Source: an uncultured Saprospiraceae bacterium
GTDB lineage: Bacteria > Bacteroidota > Bacteroidia > Chitinophagales > Saprospiraceae
DNA length: 38,174 nucleotides
NCBI GenBank assembly: GCA_937930625.1
Contig: CALHBW010000097.1
Coordinates: 1 to 38,174 of the forward strand
Direction: 5' to 3'
Positions 1-8,435 of the stretch are shown here, piece by piece. Every line of letters starts with the position of its first letter. Positions within the stretch are counted from its first letter, which is position 1. The notes under the pieces are model-generated. The model was not told where the DNA came from, ran no database searches, and saw only the letters and a program-made list of their open reading frames with translations. A program made the translations under genes and the position numbers.

Positions 1-12
1 TAAACGTGCAAA

Positions 13-40
13 GATGCCATGCTCAAAAGAGCATGACATC
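13..40 (-). terminator. Stem-loop just downstream of rpsD (12-bp stem, 4-nt loop)
   Basis: gatgccatgctc-aaaa-gagcatgacatc. The one non-Watson-Crick position is C.A on the + strand but G.U on the transcribed - strand. There is no clean U-run, so it may be a processing or stabilising hairpin. Confidence 0.4.
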
Positions 41-57
41 TTGTATATTTTAATCGA

Positions 58-669
58 TTATTTCGAGTATAATTCGACGATTAGCTGTTCGTTGATTTTT
101 TCAGGAATTGCCGCACGTTCCGGATATTCGAGGAATTTACCTTCCATTTTTTCTTGGTTGAATTCTAACCAACCAAAATTGCGGACATCACTTTTGCCAC
201 TTACTGAATTTCTAACCACTTCCAAACCTTGTGATTTGCCACGCACACCTACAATATCTCCCGGACGGATAGACATAGAAGGTACATTACTGACAACACC
301 ATTCACCACGACATGTTTGTGGCTGACCAACTGACGTGCAGCGCGGCGTGTAGGTGCAATACCCAAACGATAGACTACATTGTCGAGTCTGGCTTCGAGC
401 AACTGGAACAATACTTCACCCGTAACACCTTTCTTGTTACTCGCTTTCTTGAACAAGTTGCGGAATTGACGCTCCAATAAACCGTAAGTATATTTTGCTT
501 TTTGCTTTTCCATCAACTGGTTCGCGTAGTCAGATTTTTGCTTTCTACGCTTACTGTTACCGTGTTGACCGGGTTTGTATTTTCTTTTTTCAAAAGCTTT
601 GTCGTAGCCGAAAATCGCTTCGCCCAAGGCTCTTGCTTTTTTTGTAGTAGGTCCTGTATATCTTGCCAT
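58..669 (-). CDS. rpsD: 30S ribosomal protein S4
   Basis: 203 aa, [17 protein letters not shown]..., S4 N-terminal and S4 RNA-binding domain pattern. Follows rpsK as in the alpha operon. Confidence 0.97.
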   Translation of the reverse strand: MARYTGPTTKKARALGEAIFGYDKAFEKRKYKPGQHGNSKRRKQKSDYANQLMEKQKAKYTYGLLERQFRNLFKKASNKKGVTGEVLFQLLEARLDNVVYRLGIAPTRRAARQLVSHKHVVVNGVVSNVPSMSIRPGDIVGVRGKSQGLEVVRNSVSGKSDVRNFGWLEFNQEKMEGKFLEYPERAAIPEKINEQLIVELYSK

Positions 670-678
670 TTTTACTTT

Positions 679-815
679 AGTTCAAGTTCAAGTATCAAGT
701 ACAAACTCAATATTAAATTTCGCTACGCGAAATACTTGAATTATTTTTATTATATTGAATAAGTGCATGTGTCATAGGTAATATTGTACTTGAACTTGAC
801 ACTTGCACTTGCACT
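679..815. repeat. Word-palindrome, AGTTCA/AGTA words (rpsD|rpsK gap)
   Basis: Left arm agttcaagttcaagtatcaagtacaa; right arm ttgtacttgaacttgacacttgcacttgcact; central mini-hairpin atttcgc-tac-gcgaaat (717..733). Confidence 0.8.
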
Positions 816-818
816 TTT

Positions 819-1205
819 CTATACTCTTCTGCGTTTTGGTGGGCGACAACCATTGTGAGGAATTGGTGTCACGTCACGAATAATGCTCACTTTAATGCCT
901 TTAGAATCAATGGCACGAATGGCAGACTCTCTACCTGAACCCGGTCCTTTGACGAACACCTCCACGGTTCTCAAACCTGCTTCGTGTGCTTTGGAAGCAG
1001 CATCCGAAGCAGCTATCTGAGCTGCATATGGCGTATTTTTCTTAGACCCTCTAAAACCGGATTTACCGGCAGACGACCATGAAATCACCTGCCCTTGTCG
1101 ATTGGTCAAAGTGATGATGATATTATTAAAGCTGGCTTGGATATAAGCGTAACCTTTCGGTTCCACTTTCACCTTTCTTTTCTTCGCTTTTCTTGATTTT
1201 GCCAT
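819..1205 (-). CDS. rpsK: 30S ribosomal protein S11
   Basis: 128 aa, ...[17 protein letters not shown]...[10 protein letters not shown]-terminus typical of S11. Confidence 0.97.
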   Translation of the reverse strand: MAKSRKAKKRKVKVEPKGYAYIQASFNNIIITLTNRQGQVISWSSAGKSGFRGSKKNTPYAAQIAASDAASKAHEAGLRTVEVFVKGPGSGRESAIRAIDSKGIKVSIIRDVTPIPHNGCRPPKRRRV

Positions 1206-1215
1206 TATTTATTTT

Positions 1216-1297
1216 GTTTATTGAGTTTATTGAGTTTATTAGTTATTAGGTATGAGTTACCCCTTATGAACTTTATAAACTTAATAAACCAATCACT
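1216..1297. repeat. Word-palindrome, GTTTATTGAG words (rpsK|rpsM gap)
   Basis: Left arm gtttattgagtttattgagtttatt pairs with aactttataaacttaataaac (about 22/27). Confidence 0.8.
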
Positions 1298-1298
1298 A

Positions 1299-1676
1299 TT
1301 ATTTCGTTGCTTTCTTCTTGTTGGCGACTGTTTTACGTTTACCTTTACGGGTACGCGCATTGGTCTGAGTACGTTGTCCGCGTAAAGGCAAACCTTTACG
1401 GTGACGCAATCCTCTGTAACAACCAATATCCATCAATCGCTTGATATTCATCTGGATTTCTCCGCGCAAAGCACCTTCTACGGTATAGCTATCACCGATT
1501 GCCTCACGAACGTTTTTGATGTTATCGTCTGTCCAATCTTTCACTTTTACGCTCTCATCAATCTCGCATTTTGCCAAAATTTCTTTTGCGCGAGTATCAC
1601 CGATACCGAAGATGTACGTCAAGCCAATGACGCCTCTTTTATTTTTAGGTAAATCAACACCTGCTATCCTTGCCAT
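1299..1676 (-). CDS. rpsM: 30S ribosomal protein S13
   Basis: 125 aa, [14 protein letters not shown]..., basic C-terminal tail. Confidence 0.97.
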   Translation of the reverse strand: MARIAGVDLPKNKRGVIGLTYIFGIGDTRAKEILAKCEIDESVKVKDWTDDNIKNVREAIGDSYTVEGALRGEIQMNIKRLMDIGCYRGLRHRKGLPLRGQRTQTNARTRKGKRKTVANKKKATK

Positions 1677-1696
1677 GATATTTATTTATTGTTTTA

Positions 1697-1822
1697 TTGT
1701 TTCATGGTTTCATGGTTTCATGGTTCGATTGTTTCATGGTAATAATGATAATTTGCAAAGCAAAATTATCATTAAATAAAAACAATGTAACAATGAAGCC
1801 ATATAGCAATGAAACAATGAAA
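1697..1822. repeat. Word-palindrome, TGGTTTCA words with TTTGCAAAGCAAA core (rpsM|rpmJ gap)
   Basis: Left arm ttgtttcatggtttcatggtttcatggttcgattgtttcatgg; core palindrome 1745..1772; right arm aacaatgtaacaatgaagccatatagcaatgaaacaatgaaa. Confidence 0.85.
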
Positions 1823-1824
1823 TC

Positions 1825-1941
1825 TTATCCTTGACGCTGTTTGAATCGCGGATTTTTTTTGTTAATGACGTATAATTTTCCTTTTCTGCGAACGATTTTG
1901 CAATCAGCAGAACGCTTTTTGATTGAAGCTCTTACTTTCAT
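1825..1941 (-). CDS. rpmJ: 50S ribosomal protein L36
   Basis: Absent from the ORF track (too short). Manual translation of the minus strand gives [38 protein letters not shown], 38 aa. Lies between infA and rpsM as expected. Confidence 0.93.
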   Translation of the reverse strand: MKVRASIKKRSADCKIVRRKGKLYVINKKNPRFKQRQG

Positions 1942-1946
1942 AATTA

Positions 1947-2092
1947 ATGAGTGAATGAGTGAATTTGGAATGAGTGAATGGCTAATGAATGAGTGAATGA
2001 ATTATCAATGAATGAATCAGCTTACTTAGCTATGTAATTCATTCATTCTTTCATTCAAAATTCATTCATTGGCATTTCTCATCATTATTCAC
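1947..2092. repeat. Word-palindrome, GAATGAGT words (rpmJ|infA gap)
   Basis: Left arm aatgagtgaatgagtgaatttggaatgagtgaatgg...; right arm aattcattcattctttcattcaaaattcattcatt.... Confidence 0.85.
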
Positions 2093-2109
2093 AATATTTT
2101 ACATTAAAA

Positions 2110-2328
2110 TTATTTATATCTATATGTAATACGTCCTCTACTGAGGTCGTATGGTGACATTTCAACAGCTACTTTATCCGAGGGTAAGATACGAATGTAG
2201 TTCATACGCATTTTACCGGAGATAGTAGCAATGATTTCATGACCGTTTTCGAGACGCACTCTAAACGTTGCGTTAGAAAGTGCCTCTGAAACTGTGCCGT
2301 CTTGTTTGATTAAATCCTGTTTTGCCAT
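2110..2328 (-). CDS. infA: Translation initiation factor IF-1
   Basis: 72 aa, [13 protein letters not shown]...[10 protein letters not shown]1-like fold signature. Confidence 0.96.
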   Translation of the reverse strand: MAKQDLIKQDGTVSEALSNATFRVRLENGHEIIATISGKMRMNYIRILPSDKVAVEMSPYDLSRGRITYRYK

Positions 2329-2354
2329 AGCTTAAAATTTTGGAGTGCAAATAT

Positions 2355-3188
2355 CTAGTTTTTTACTTGAAATTCCAAATTTATGACATTAGGATTGCTT
2401 TCCATGCCTTCGTAGGCGTAATCATGCGTGGTCAAGATTTCCGTTCCGCTCTTGCGTACTACGACGGTATGTTCGTAATGCGCTGATGGTTTTCTATCTG
2501 TCGAAACAACTGTCCAACCATCTCTCAAGGTCTTGACTCGTCGTGTTCCCATATTAATCATGGGTTCTATTGCAATGACTAAACCGTCTTGAAGCTTATT
2601 GCCTTTTCCACGTCTGCCGTAGTTGGGCACTTGAGGGTCTTCGTGCAAACTCTTTCCCAAACCATGTCCGACCAATTCGCGTACTACACCATATTTACAT
2701 TCGCGCTCTGCATAATTTTGTACCGCAAAACCAATATCGCCGATACGTTTACCCACTACCGCAACATCAATGGCGCGATACAAACATTCATTGGTGACCT
2801 CCATGAGTCGCATGACTTCAGGTTTTACCTCGCCAATCGGATAGGTAAATGCACAATCGCCATAATAATCATTCAGAATCACTCCGCAATCTACCGATAC
2901 GATATCGCCTTCTTCAAACGGCTTGTCTGACGGAATACCGTGTACGACTTGCTCATTGATAGATACGCATAAGGTAGCCGGAAAATCGCCATAACCTTTG
3001 AAGCCGGGAGTGGCATTATGGTCACGTATAAATTCTTCTGCCGCTTTGTCAATGTTTTCGCCCGTCTCTCCGGCGCGAATCATACTTGCTACTACTCCAT
3101 GTGTGCGCGAAACCAAGTCCGCGCTTAGGCGCATTAGCTCTATCTCCTCGTCTGTTTTATAATAAATCTGTTTATAACGTCTTCTCAT
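2355..3188 (-). CDS. map: Methionine aminopeptidase type I
   Basis: ORF 2355..3272 trimmed to Met29 (cat at 3186-3188). The upstream 28 codons translate a hairpin repeat and overlap the secY stop. MAP pattern: ...VVHGIP...DCGV..YYGD...GHGLG...IEPM...EHT. Confidence 0.9.
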   Translation of the reverse strand: MRRRYKQIYYKTDEEIELMRLSADLVSRTHGVVASMIRAGETGENIDKAAEEFIRDHNATPGFKGYGDFPATLCVSINEQVVHGIPSDKPFEEGDIVSVDCGVILNDYYGDCAFTYPIGEVKPEVMRLMEVTNECLYRAIDVAVVGKRIGDIGFAVQNYAERECKYGVVRELVGHGLGKSLHEDPQVPNYGRRGKGNKLQDGLVIAIEPMINMGTRRVKTLRDGWTVVSTDRKPSAHYEHTVVVRKSGTEILTTHDYAYEGMESNPNVINLEFQVKN

Positions 3189-3202
3189 TGTAGTTGCGTA
3201 AC

Positions 3203-3252
3203 ACAGACATTCTTGTCTGTAGTCCGGCAAGCACAGACAGGAATGTCTGTGA
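3203..3252. repeat. Twin hairpins / 19-bp inverted repeat (map|secY gap)
   Basis: cacagaca-ttct-tgtctgt, 11 nt, then cacagaca-ggaa-tgtctgtg. Each half is a hairpin, and the halves are also mutually complementary (1 mismatch). Confidence 0.8.
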
Positions 3253-3258
3253 TACGTT

Positions 3259-4632
3259 TTACATCGGCGCACCGATAGTCATGCCGCTTCTTCTACCTTT
3301 AACACGACCTGTTTTTACCAATCCGTCATAACGACGCATCAATAGGTGACTTTCAATTTGTTGTAAGGTATCAAGTACTACACCGACCATAATAAGGAGT
3401 GATGTACCACCAAAGAACATAGCGAAGCCAATATTTACACCTCCCAATCTTGCTGCAAAAGCAGGCAGGATAGAGATAAGTCCTAAGAAAATAGAACCCG
3501 GTAATGTAACGCGTGTCGTAACTGTATCAATAAATTCGGCAGTACTCTTACCCGGTTTCACACCCGGAATAAAAGCATTTTGACGCTTAAGGTATTCAGC
3601 GTGTTGCTGCGGATTTACAATCAAAGCCGTATATACGTAAGTAAAGATAACGACTAAGAAAAAGTAAATGATATTATATGGTGCAGATGTAAAATCGTTC
3701 AAAGCGGTGAGCCAAGCCGGTGGTGCTTCGTTTGCTCCCATCGCGAATTGTGCCAGAGTAGCCGGCAAGAACATCAATGCCTGTGCAAAGATGATAGGCA
3801 TTACCCCTGCTGCGTTGACCTTTACGGGAAGGTAATCACGCACACCTGTAACGGGTGCATTCGTTTGTCCGCGCCCGACCATGCGTTTGGCATATTGCAA
3901 GGGTATCCGGCGTACTGCCTGAATAATGAGTATCGTAACCGCCGTAACCGCGACAAGTGCCGCCAAGACAAGTACGAAACTAATCAAACCACCCGTTCCA
4001 CCTGATAGGCGTAAGTCGATTTCACCAAAGAACGCTGAAGGTAGTGTAGCGATAATACCAATCATGATGAGCAATGAAATACCATTACCGATACCTCTGT
4101 CGGTGATGCGCTCACCGAGCCACATCGCAAGGATAGTACCCGCCGTAAGGATAATAATATTGGACGCCCAGAACGTAAACGGACTGATACCGGGAGATAC
4201 TGCACCGGGGAAAGTCGCATTGATATAGGTCAGGTAACCACCTGCTTGTACAAGTGTGATGGCTACGGTCAACCAACGTGTAATTTGGTTGAGTTTTCTT
4301 CTGCCTGACTCGCCTTCTGTTTTTTGTAATTTTTGGAAATATGGTACAGCAAATCCCAAGAGTTGCACGATGATAGATGCCGAGATATAAGGCATGATAC
4401 CGAGTGCAAAGACCGCCGCATTGTTGAACGCACCACCCGTGAATGAATTGAGCAATCCGAGTAGGTTGTTTTGTCCGGCGGCTGCGTTTTCGAGTGCCGC
4501 AGGATTGATGCCGGGCAATACCACATACGAACCAAAACGGAACAACATCAATAGTGCCAACGTAAACAGGATGCGCTTACGAAGGTCTTCTATCGACCAA
4601 ATATTTTTGAGTGTGGTGATGAATTTGTTCAT
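3259..4632 (-). CDS. secY: Preprotein translocase subunit SecY
   Basis: 457 aa multi-pass membrane protein, MNKFITTLKNIWSIEDLRKRILFT.... Sits between rplO and map. Confidence 0.97.
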   Translation of the reverse strand: MNKFITTLKNIWSIEDLRKRILFTLALLMLFRFGSYVVLPGINPAALENAAAGQNNLLGLLNSFTGGAFNNAAVFALGIMPYISASIIVQLLGFAVPYFQKLQKTEGESGRRKLNQITRWLTVAITLVQAGGYLTYINATFPGAVSPGISPFTFWASNIIILTAGTILAMWLGERITDRGIGNGISLLIMIGIIATLPSAFFGEIDLRLSGGTGGLISFVLVLAALVAVTAVTILIIQAVRRIPLQYAKRMVGRGQTNAPVTGVRDYLPVKVNAAGVMPIIFAQALMFLPATLAQFAMGANEAPPAWLTALNDFTSAPYNIIYFFLVVIFTYVYTALIVNPQQHAEYLKRQNAFIPGVKPGKSTAEFIDTVTTRVTLPGSIFLGLISILPAFAARLGGVNIGFAMFFGGTSLLIMVGVVLDTLQQIESHLLMRRYDGLVKTGRVKGRRSGMTIGAPM

Positions 4633-4644
4633 TATACTATTTTT

Positions 4645-4732
4645 TAGTCCATAGTCCGTAGTCCATAGTCGATAGTTTGTCCCTAGCTCCCTTGCGTTTG
4701 CCTGCGGACTATTGACTATGGACTATCGACTA
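4645..4732. repeat. Word-palindrome, GTCCATA words (secY|rplO gap)
   Basis: tagtccatagtccgtagtccatagtcgatagt versus ggactattgactatggactatcgacta (about 22/25). The right arm overlaps the rplO stop codon. Confidence 0.85.
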
Positions 4733-5176
4733 CAAAGTAGTTGCTGTGCCGCCTTGTGCTTCGATAGCTGATTTGGCTTTTTCTGAAAAAGCGTGTGCCG
4801 TGACTTCAAGTTTGCAAGTCAAATCGCCATTAGCGAGTATTTTGATTTTGTCTTTTTTCTTGACAATACCGTTTTCGACAAGTGCTTCAGGCGTGATGGC
4901 TTTGATACCGAATTTCTCAGAAATCGTTTCTAATCGCGCCAAGTTAATCGGTACATATTCTACACGATTGATATTCTTGAAACCACGCTTTGGTGTACGC
5001 TGAATCAATGTGACGCCACCACCTTCAAAACCTTTCTTGCGAGAGTAGCCCGAACGCGACTGCGCCCCGTTGTGTCCGCGTGTAGATGTACCTCCTCTAC
5101 CAGAGCCTTGTCCTCTACCCACACGTTTGTTCTTTTTGACTGAACCTTTAGCCGGCTTTAAATTATGAAGTTGCAT
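4730..5176 (-). CDS. rplO: 50S ribosomal protein L15
   Basis: 148 aa, MQLHNLKPAKGSVKKNKRVGRGQGSGRGGT.... Confidence 0.97.
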   Translation of the reverse strand: MQLHNLKPAKGSVKKNKRVGRGQGSGRGGTSTRGHNGAQSRSGYSRKKGFEGGGVTLIQRTPKRGFKNINRVEYVPINLARLETISEKFGIKAITPEALVENGIVKKKDKIKILANGDLTCKLEVTAHAFSEKAKSAIEAQGGTATTL

Positions 5177-5184
5177 TATTTGTT

Positions 5185-5336
5185 AGTTTATTGGTGATTG
5201 GTTTATTGAGTTTATTGGGTTTATTAAGTTTATTAAGTTATTAGATTTTAATTATTTGATAAAAAATAATTCTGATTTATCTTTTGCTAACTTAATAAAC
5301 TGAATGAACTTAATAAACTAAATGAACTAATCACTA
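5185..5336. repeat. Word-palindrome, GTTTATTGAG words (rplO|rpmD gap)
   Basis: Left arm gtttattgagtttattgggtttattaagtttattaagttattag; core aattatttgataaaaaataatt; right arm ctaacttaataaactgaatgaacttaataaactaaatgaactaatcac. Confidence 0.85.
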
Positions 5337-5338
5337 CA

Positions 5339-5518
5339 TTAAAGTTCTTCCACTTTGACCAAGTGAGATACTTTTCTAATCATGCCCTCAATCTGAGGCG
5401 TCAAGTCATGCTCTACGGATTGGTGCATTTTGCGTAATCCGAGTGCTTTGACGGTGTCTTTTTGTCGCTTATTGCGGTCAATGACACTTTTGACTTGTGT
5501 AATTTTTACTCTTCCCAT
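5339..5518 (-). CDS. rpmD: 50S ribosomal protein L30
   Basis: ORF 5339..5626 trimmed to Met37 (cat 5516-5518): [30 protein letters not shown]..., 59 aa. The upstream codons translate a word repeat. Confidence 0.92.
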   Translation of the reverse strand: MGRVKITQVKSVIDRNKRQKDTVKALGLRKMHQSVEHDLTPQIEGMIRKVSHLVKVEEL

Positions 5519-5527
5519 GATGAATAT

Positions 5528-5693
5528 GAGTTGACGAGTTGTTGAGTTGTTGAGTTGTTGTTTTGGTGAGTATCGGTTTGATGATTTGTCGGCTTGGTGA
5601 GTTGTTATGTTATCGTTTTTCGACAACTCTACAACTCGTTAATTCGTCAATTCATCAATTCGTCAACTCTACAACTCGTCAACTCACCAAAAC
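5528..5693. repeat. Word-palindrome, GAGTTGTT/GAGTTGAC words (rpmD|rpsE gap)
   Basis: gagttgacgagttgt (5528-5542) is the exact complement of acaactcgtcaactc (5671-5685). gttttggtgag (5560-5570) is the exact complement of ctcaccaaaac (5683-5693). Confidence 0.9.
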
Positions 5694-5698
5694 GTTGC

Positions 5699-6319
5699 TT
5701 ATCCGTTGAATAATTTATCCATTGTGATGCCGCGTGCTTTCGCAATTTCCATTGGGCTGCGAAGTTGTGAGAGGGCATCTAAGGTAGCTTTGATAACGTT
5801 GTGTGGATTGGGCGAACCTTGTGTTTTTGCCAATACGTTTTGAATACCGGCAATCTCCAATACTGCACGCATCGGACCACCCGCGATTACACCTGTACCA
5901 TCAGAAGCCGGCTTGATGAGGACTTTACCTGCACCGTATTTCCCTTTGACCGCATAAGGAATTGTTCCTTTGTGAAGTGGAAATTCGATGACGTTTTTCT
6001 TTGCATCATCAACAGCTTTGGCGATAGCCTCTTGTACGTCACGAGCTTTACCTAAGCCGTGCCCTACTTTGCCTTTGCCATTACCAACTACAACGACTGC
6101 CGCAAAACTGAATGTACGACCACCTTTGGTAACTTTTGCTACACGATTCAGGTTGACAAGTTTTTCTTTAAACTCGGATTCCTGAACGGATGCTTGTCTA
6201 TCGCCACGACCTCTGCCGCCTCTGCGATTGCCACCACGGTTATTACCTCCACCGCGATTGTTGCCACCACCACGGTTATCACCACCGCCGCGATTATTAT
6301 TATTTCTGTTATCAGCCAT
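5699..6319 (-). CDS. rpsE: 30S ribosomal protein S5 with a ~45-aa N-terminal RGG-rich extension
   Basis: 206 aa. The S5 core starts around [27 protein letters not shown]-terminus is [42 protein letters not shown]. Confidence 0.95.
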   Translation of the reverse strand: MADNRNNNNRGGGDNRGGGNNRGGGNNRGGNRRGGRGRGDRQASVQESEFKEKLVNLNRVAKVTKGGRTFSFAAVVVVGNGKGKVGHGLGKARDVQEAIAKAVDDAKKNVIEFPLHKGTIPYAVKGKYGAGKVLIKPASDGTGVIAGGPMRAVLEIAGIQNVLAKTQGSPNPHNVIKATLDALSQLRSPMEIAKARGITMDKLFNG

Positions 6320-6333
6320 AATTAAGTCTTGTG

Positions 6334-6470
6334 AAGTTTAAGTTTAAGTCTAAGTTTAAGTTTAAAAATTATTTTTTTTCAAAAAATAATAATTTATTAT
6401 GAATTTACATTATATAAATTTAATTGAAAATTAAATTTTTAAACTTAAACTTAAACTTAAACTTAAACTT
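6334..6470. repeat. Word-palindrome, AGTTTA hexamers (rpsE|rplR gap)
   Basis: 33-nt arms 6334-6366 and 6438-6470 are complementary at 32/33. The 71-nt AT-rich loop contains the palindrome attattttttttc-aaaaaataat. Confidence 0.92.
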
Positions 6471-6471
6471 A

Positions 6472-6828
6472 TTATAGGTTAAGTCCTCCTTCGCGTGCGC
6501 CGTCAGCGAGTGCTTTTACGCGCCCGTGATAGAGGTAGCCGCTTCTGTCGAATACTACGCTTTCAATGTTATTGTCTTTTGCTTTGGAAGCCAATAGTTT
6601 ACCGACTTCTTTTGCTTGCCCGACTTTGTTGTCGCTACTGCCACAGGCTGCATCTCTGGATGATGCTGCACAGAGTGTTTCGCCACTCAAGTCGTCAATA
6701 ATTTGAGCGTAAATTTGCTTATTACTGCGAAATACGCATAGTCGCGGAATCGCAGATGTACCACTGATTTTTTTACGAATACGTCCCTTGATTTTTTTGC
6801 GACGTACTACTTTTTTAGCTGTTGCCAT
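6472..6828 (-). CDS. rplR: 50S ribosomal protein L18
   Basis: ORF 6472..6873 trimmed to Met16 (cat 6826-6828): [42 protein letters not shown]..., 118 aa. Confidence 0.93.
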   Translation of the reverse strand: MATAKKVVRRKKIKGRIRKKISGTSAIPRLCVFRSNKQIYAQIIDDLSGETLCAASSRDAACGSSDNKVGQAKEVGKLLASKAKDNNIESVVFDRSGYLYHGRVKALADGAREGGLNL

Positions 6829-6925
6829 TATATTGTTTACTTTGATTTGAAATGATCCACGACCAACGGACAAGAATGTCCGGGTTACGGGCTGCCATTT
6901 CGTAAGTAAAATATTTTAATTTTGA

Positions 6926-7047
6926 TGATTAGTTATTGAGTTGACTAAGTTTATTAAGTTGATAGGTGTGAATTATTTTTTTATGAAAAATAATAAACTC
7001 TTGTAAACTAATTGAACTTAATAAACTCCATGAACTAATAACTAACT
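6926..7047. repeat. Word-palindrome, GTTTATTGAG-type words (rplR|rplF gap)
   Basis: Left arm gattagttattgagttgactaagtttattaagttgatagg; core aattatttttttatgaaaaataataa; right arm cttgtaaactaattgaacttaataaactccatgaactaataactaactc. Confidence 0.85.
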
Positions 7048-7049
7048 CG

Positions 7050-7601
7050 TTATGCTCCTGCTGCCTTACCTTGTTTGCGGCGGATTTCTTCACCTGCAAA
7101 TCGAACACCTTTACCTTTGTATGGTTCAGGCTTACGGAAGGCGCGAATTTTAGCTGCTACTTGTCCGATGAGTTGCTTGTCAATGCTTTCCAAATCAATT
7201 CTCGGTGGCTGTCCTTTGACAGATTCCGTGACAACTTTCACCTCATCCGGCACGTAAAAATAAATCGGGTGCGAGTAGCCCATAGACATTTCCAAAAGCT
7301 GCCCTGAATTGGAGGCACGATAACCGACACCGTGCAATTCAAGGCTGATTTTATAGCCTTCAGAAACGCCTTGTACCATATTATTTATCAATGAACGGTA
7401 CAAACCGTGCATGGCACGATGACGTTTTTGCTCGGTAGGTCTTACGACTGTTAGCGTACCGTCTTCGATTTCGAGTTTCATATCCGGGTCAATCTTCTGC
7501 ATCAATTCCCCTTTTGGTCCTTTGACTGTGACCATGCTCTTGTCCACCTTAATTTCGACGCCCGAAGGTATGCTGATGGGTGCTTTTCCTATTCTTGACA
7601 T
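7050..7601 (-). CDS. rplF: 50S ribosomal protein L6
   Basis: 183 aa, MSRIGKAPISIPSGVEIKVD.... Confidence 0.97.
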   Translation of the reverse strand: MSRIGKAPISIPSGVEIKVDKSMVTVKGPKGELMQKIDPDMKLEIEDGTLTVVRPTEQKRHRAMHGLYRSLINNMVQGVSEGYKISLELHGVGYRASNSGQLLEMSMGYSHPIYFYVPDEVKVVTESVKGQPPRIDLESIDKQLIGQVAAKIRAFRKPEPYKGKGVRFAGEEIRRKQGKAAGA

Positions 7602-7606
7602 GACGT

Positions 7607-7688
7607 TTTAAGTTTAAGTTGAAGTTTAAGACTAAGTTTAAGTTCAGCTTCTATTTAAACTTGAACTTCAACTTAAACCTAAACTTAA
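7607..7688. repeat. Word-palindrome, AGTTTA/AGTTGA hexamers (rplF|rpsH gap)
   Basis: tttaagtttaagttgaagtttaagactaagtttaagtt versus aaacttgaacttcaacttaaacctaaacttaa. Confidence 0.85.
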
Positions 7689-7692
7689 TTTT

Positions 7693-8097
7693 TTAATAAA
7701 CGAAACAAAGGACTTCGCCGCCTACGTTTTCTCTTTTTGCTTCTTTACCGGTCATTACTCCTTTTGATGTGGAGATAATGGCAATACCCAACCCATTGAT
7801 AACACGCGGCAAATTGTTTGAATTTACGTATTTTCTCAATCCCGGCTTGCTGATTCTTTGTAATTTACGAATGACAGGCTTTTTCGTTCCTCTTTCGTAT
7901 TTAACGGCGATTTTGATGACACCTTGTGGACCTTCAGCATCTTCAAATTTGTATTTGAGAATGTAGCCTTGGTCGTACAAGATTTCTGTGATGCGTTTTT
8001 TGAGTTTAGATGCAGGAATCTCGACGATGCGGTGTCCTGCCATTTGAGCGTTGCGGAGCCTCGTAAGGAAATCCGCTATTGGATCTGTTACAATCAT
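7693..8097 (-). CDS. rpsH: 30S ribosomal protein S8
   Basis: 134 aa, ...[19 protein letters not shown].... Confidence 0.97.
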   Translation of the reverse strand: MIVTDPIADFLTRLRNAQMAGHRIVEIPASKLKKRITEILYDQGYILKYKFEDAEGPQGVIKIAVKYERGTKKPVIRKLQRISKPGLRKYVNSNNLPRVINGLGIAIISTSKGVMTGKEAKRENVGGEVLCFVY

Positions 8098-8135
8098 TTT
8101 TATATTTTTTCTTCAGCAACCTATCTTCTAATCTT

Positions 8136-8260
8136 GAATGAGTGAATTGTGAATGAGCGAATGGAATTTTTGATTTTCGGTTTAGTGATTTTTGATTATT
8201 CAATCAAAATTTAATATCACACAAAACCATTTAGCTCTTTCTTAATTCTTTTATTCAAAA
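8136..8260. repeat. Composite element GAATGAGTGAAT...TTTTTGATT-ATTC-AATCAAAA...ATCACAC (rpsH|rpsN gap)
   Basis: Clear paralogue of 13436..13537 (same order of blocks). The right outer arm is degenerate. Confidence 0.8.
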
Positions 8261-8435
8261 CAGAAGGCGCAGTGTGATTATCTGCTTAGTCTGTCCGAAT
8301 TCTTTTTTTAACGGCAAACGGTTTTTGCTTGCGTTAAATAAATAATCACTTGAAATCTCGGTGAATTTACCGGATTTTAGTTTGATAATTTTTTTCCTAT
8401 ATATCTGAACAAGCGAGATGCTTGCAGTTAGGTCG

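Noticed and set aside
1205-1426. ORFs that translate word arrays or RGG-tail DNA: 1205..1426, 502..762, 1516..1779, 8006..8203, 11525..11776, 11612..11797, 12831..13040, 14328..14621, 15641..15874, 28762..29151, 30781..30981, 30848..31033.
   Set aside because: Their sequences are low-complexity translations of tandem words (LNKLNK, KLKLKLKL, SSSSSSSS, STNNESTNNE) or antisense to the S3 tail. They overlap real genes or palindrome arms and have no protein-like composition.
1721-1732. GGTTCGATTG words resembling a tRNA T-arm (GGTTCGAATCC), as a hint of tRNA genes or tRNA-derived SINE-like elements.
   Set aside because: No acceptor, D or anticodon arms can be drawn around any copy (1721, 11585, 27216, 27231). 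The words are simply part of the repeat arms.
2355-3272. Long N-terminal extensions in the ORF track for map, rpmD (5339..5626), rplR (6472..6873), rplE (8802..9374), hutH (29098..30720), the DUF5615 gene (17788..18225), hisIE (26551..) and the glycosyltransferase (27186..).
   Set aside because: The extensions translate repeats or hairpins, or overlap the upstream gene. Internal Met codons give N-termini matching the conserved family starts.
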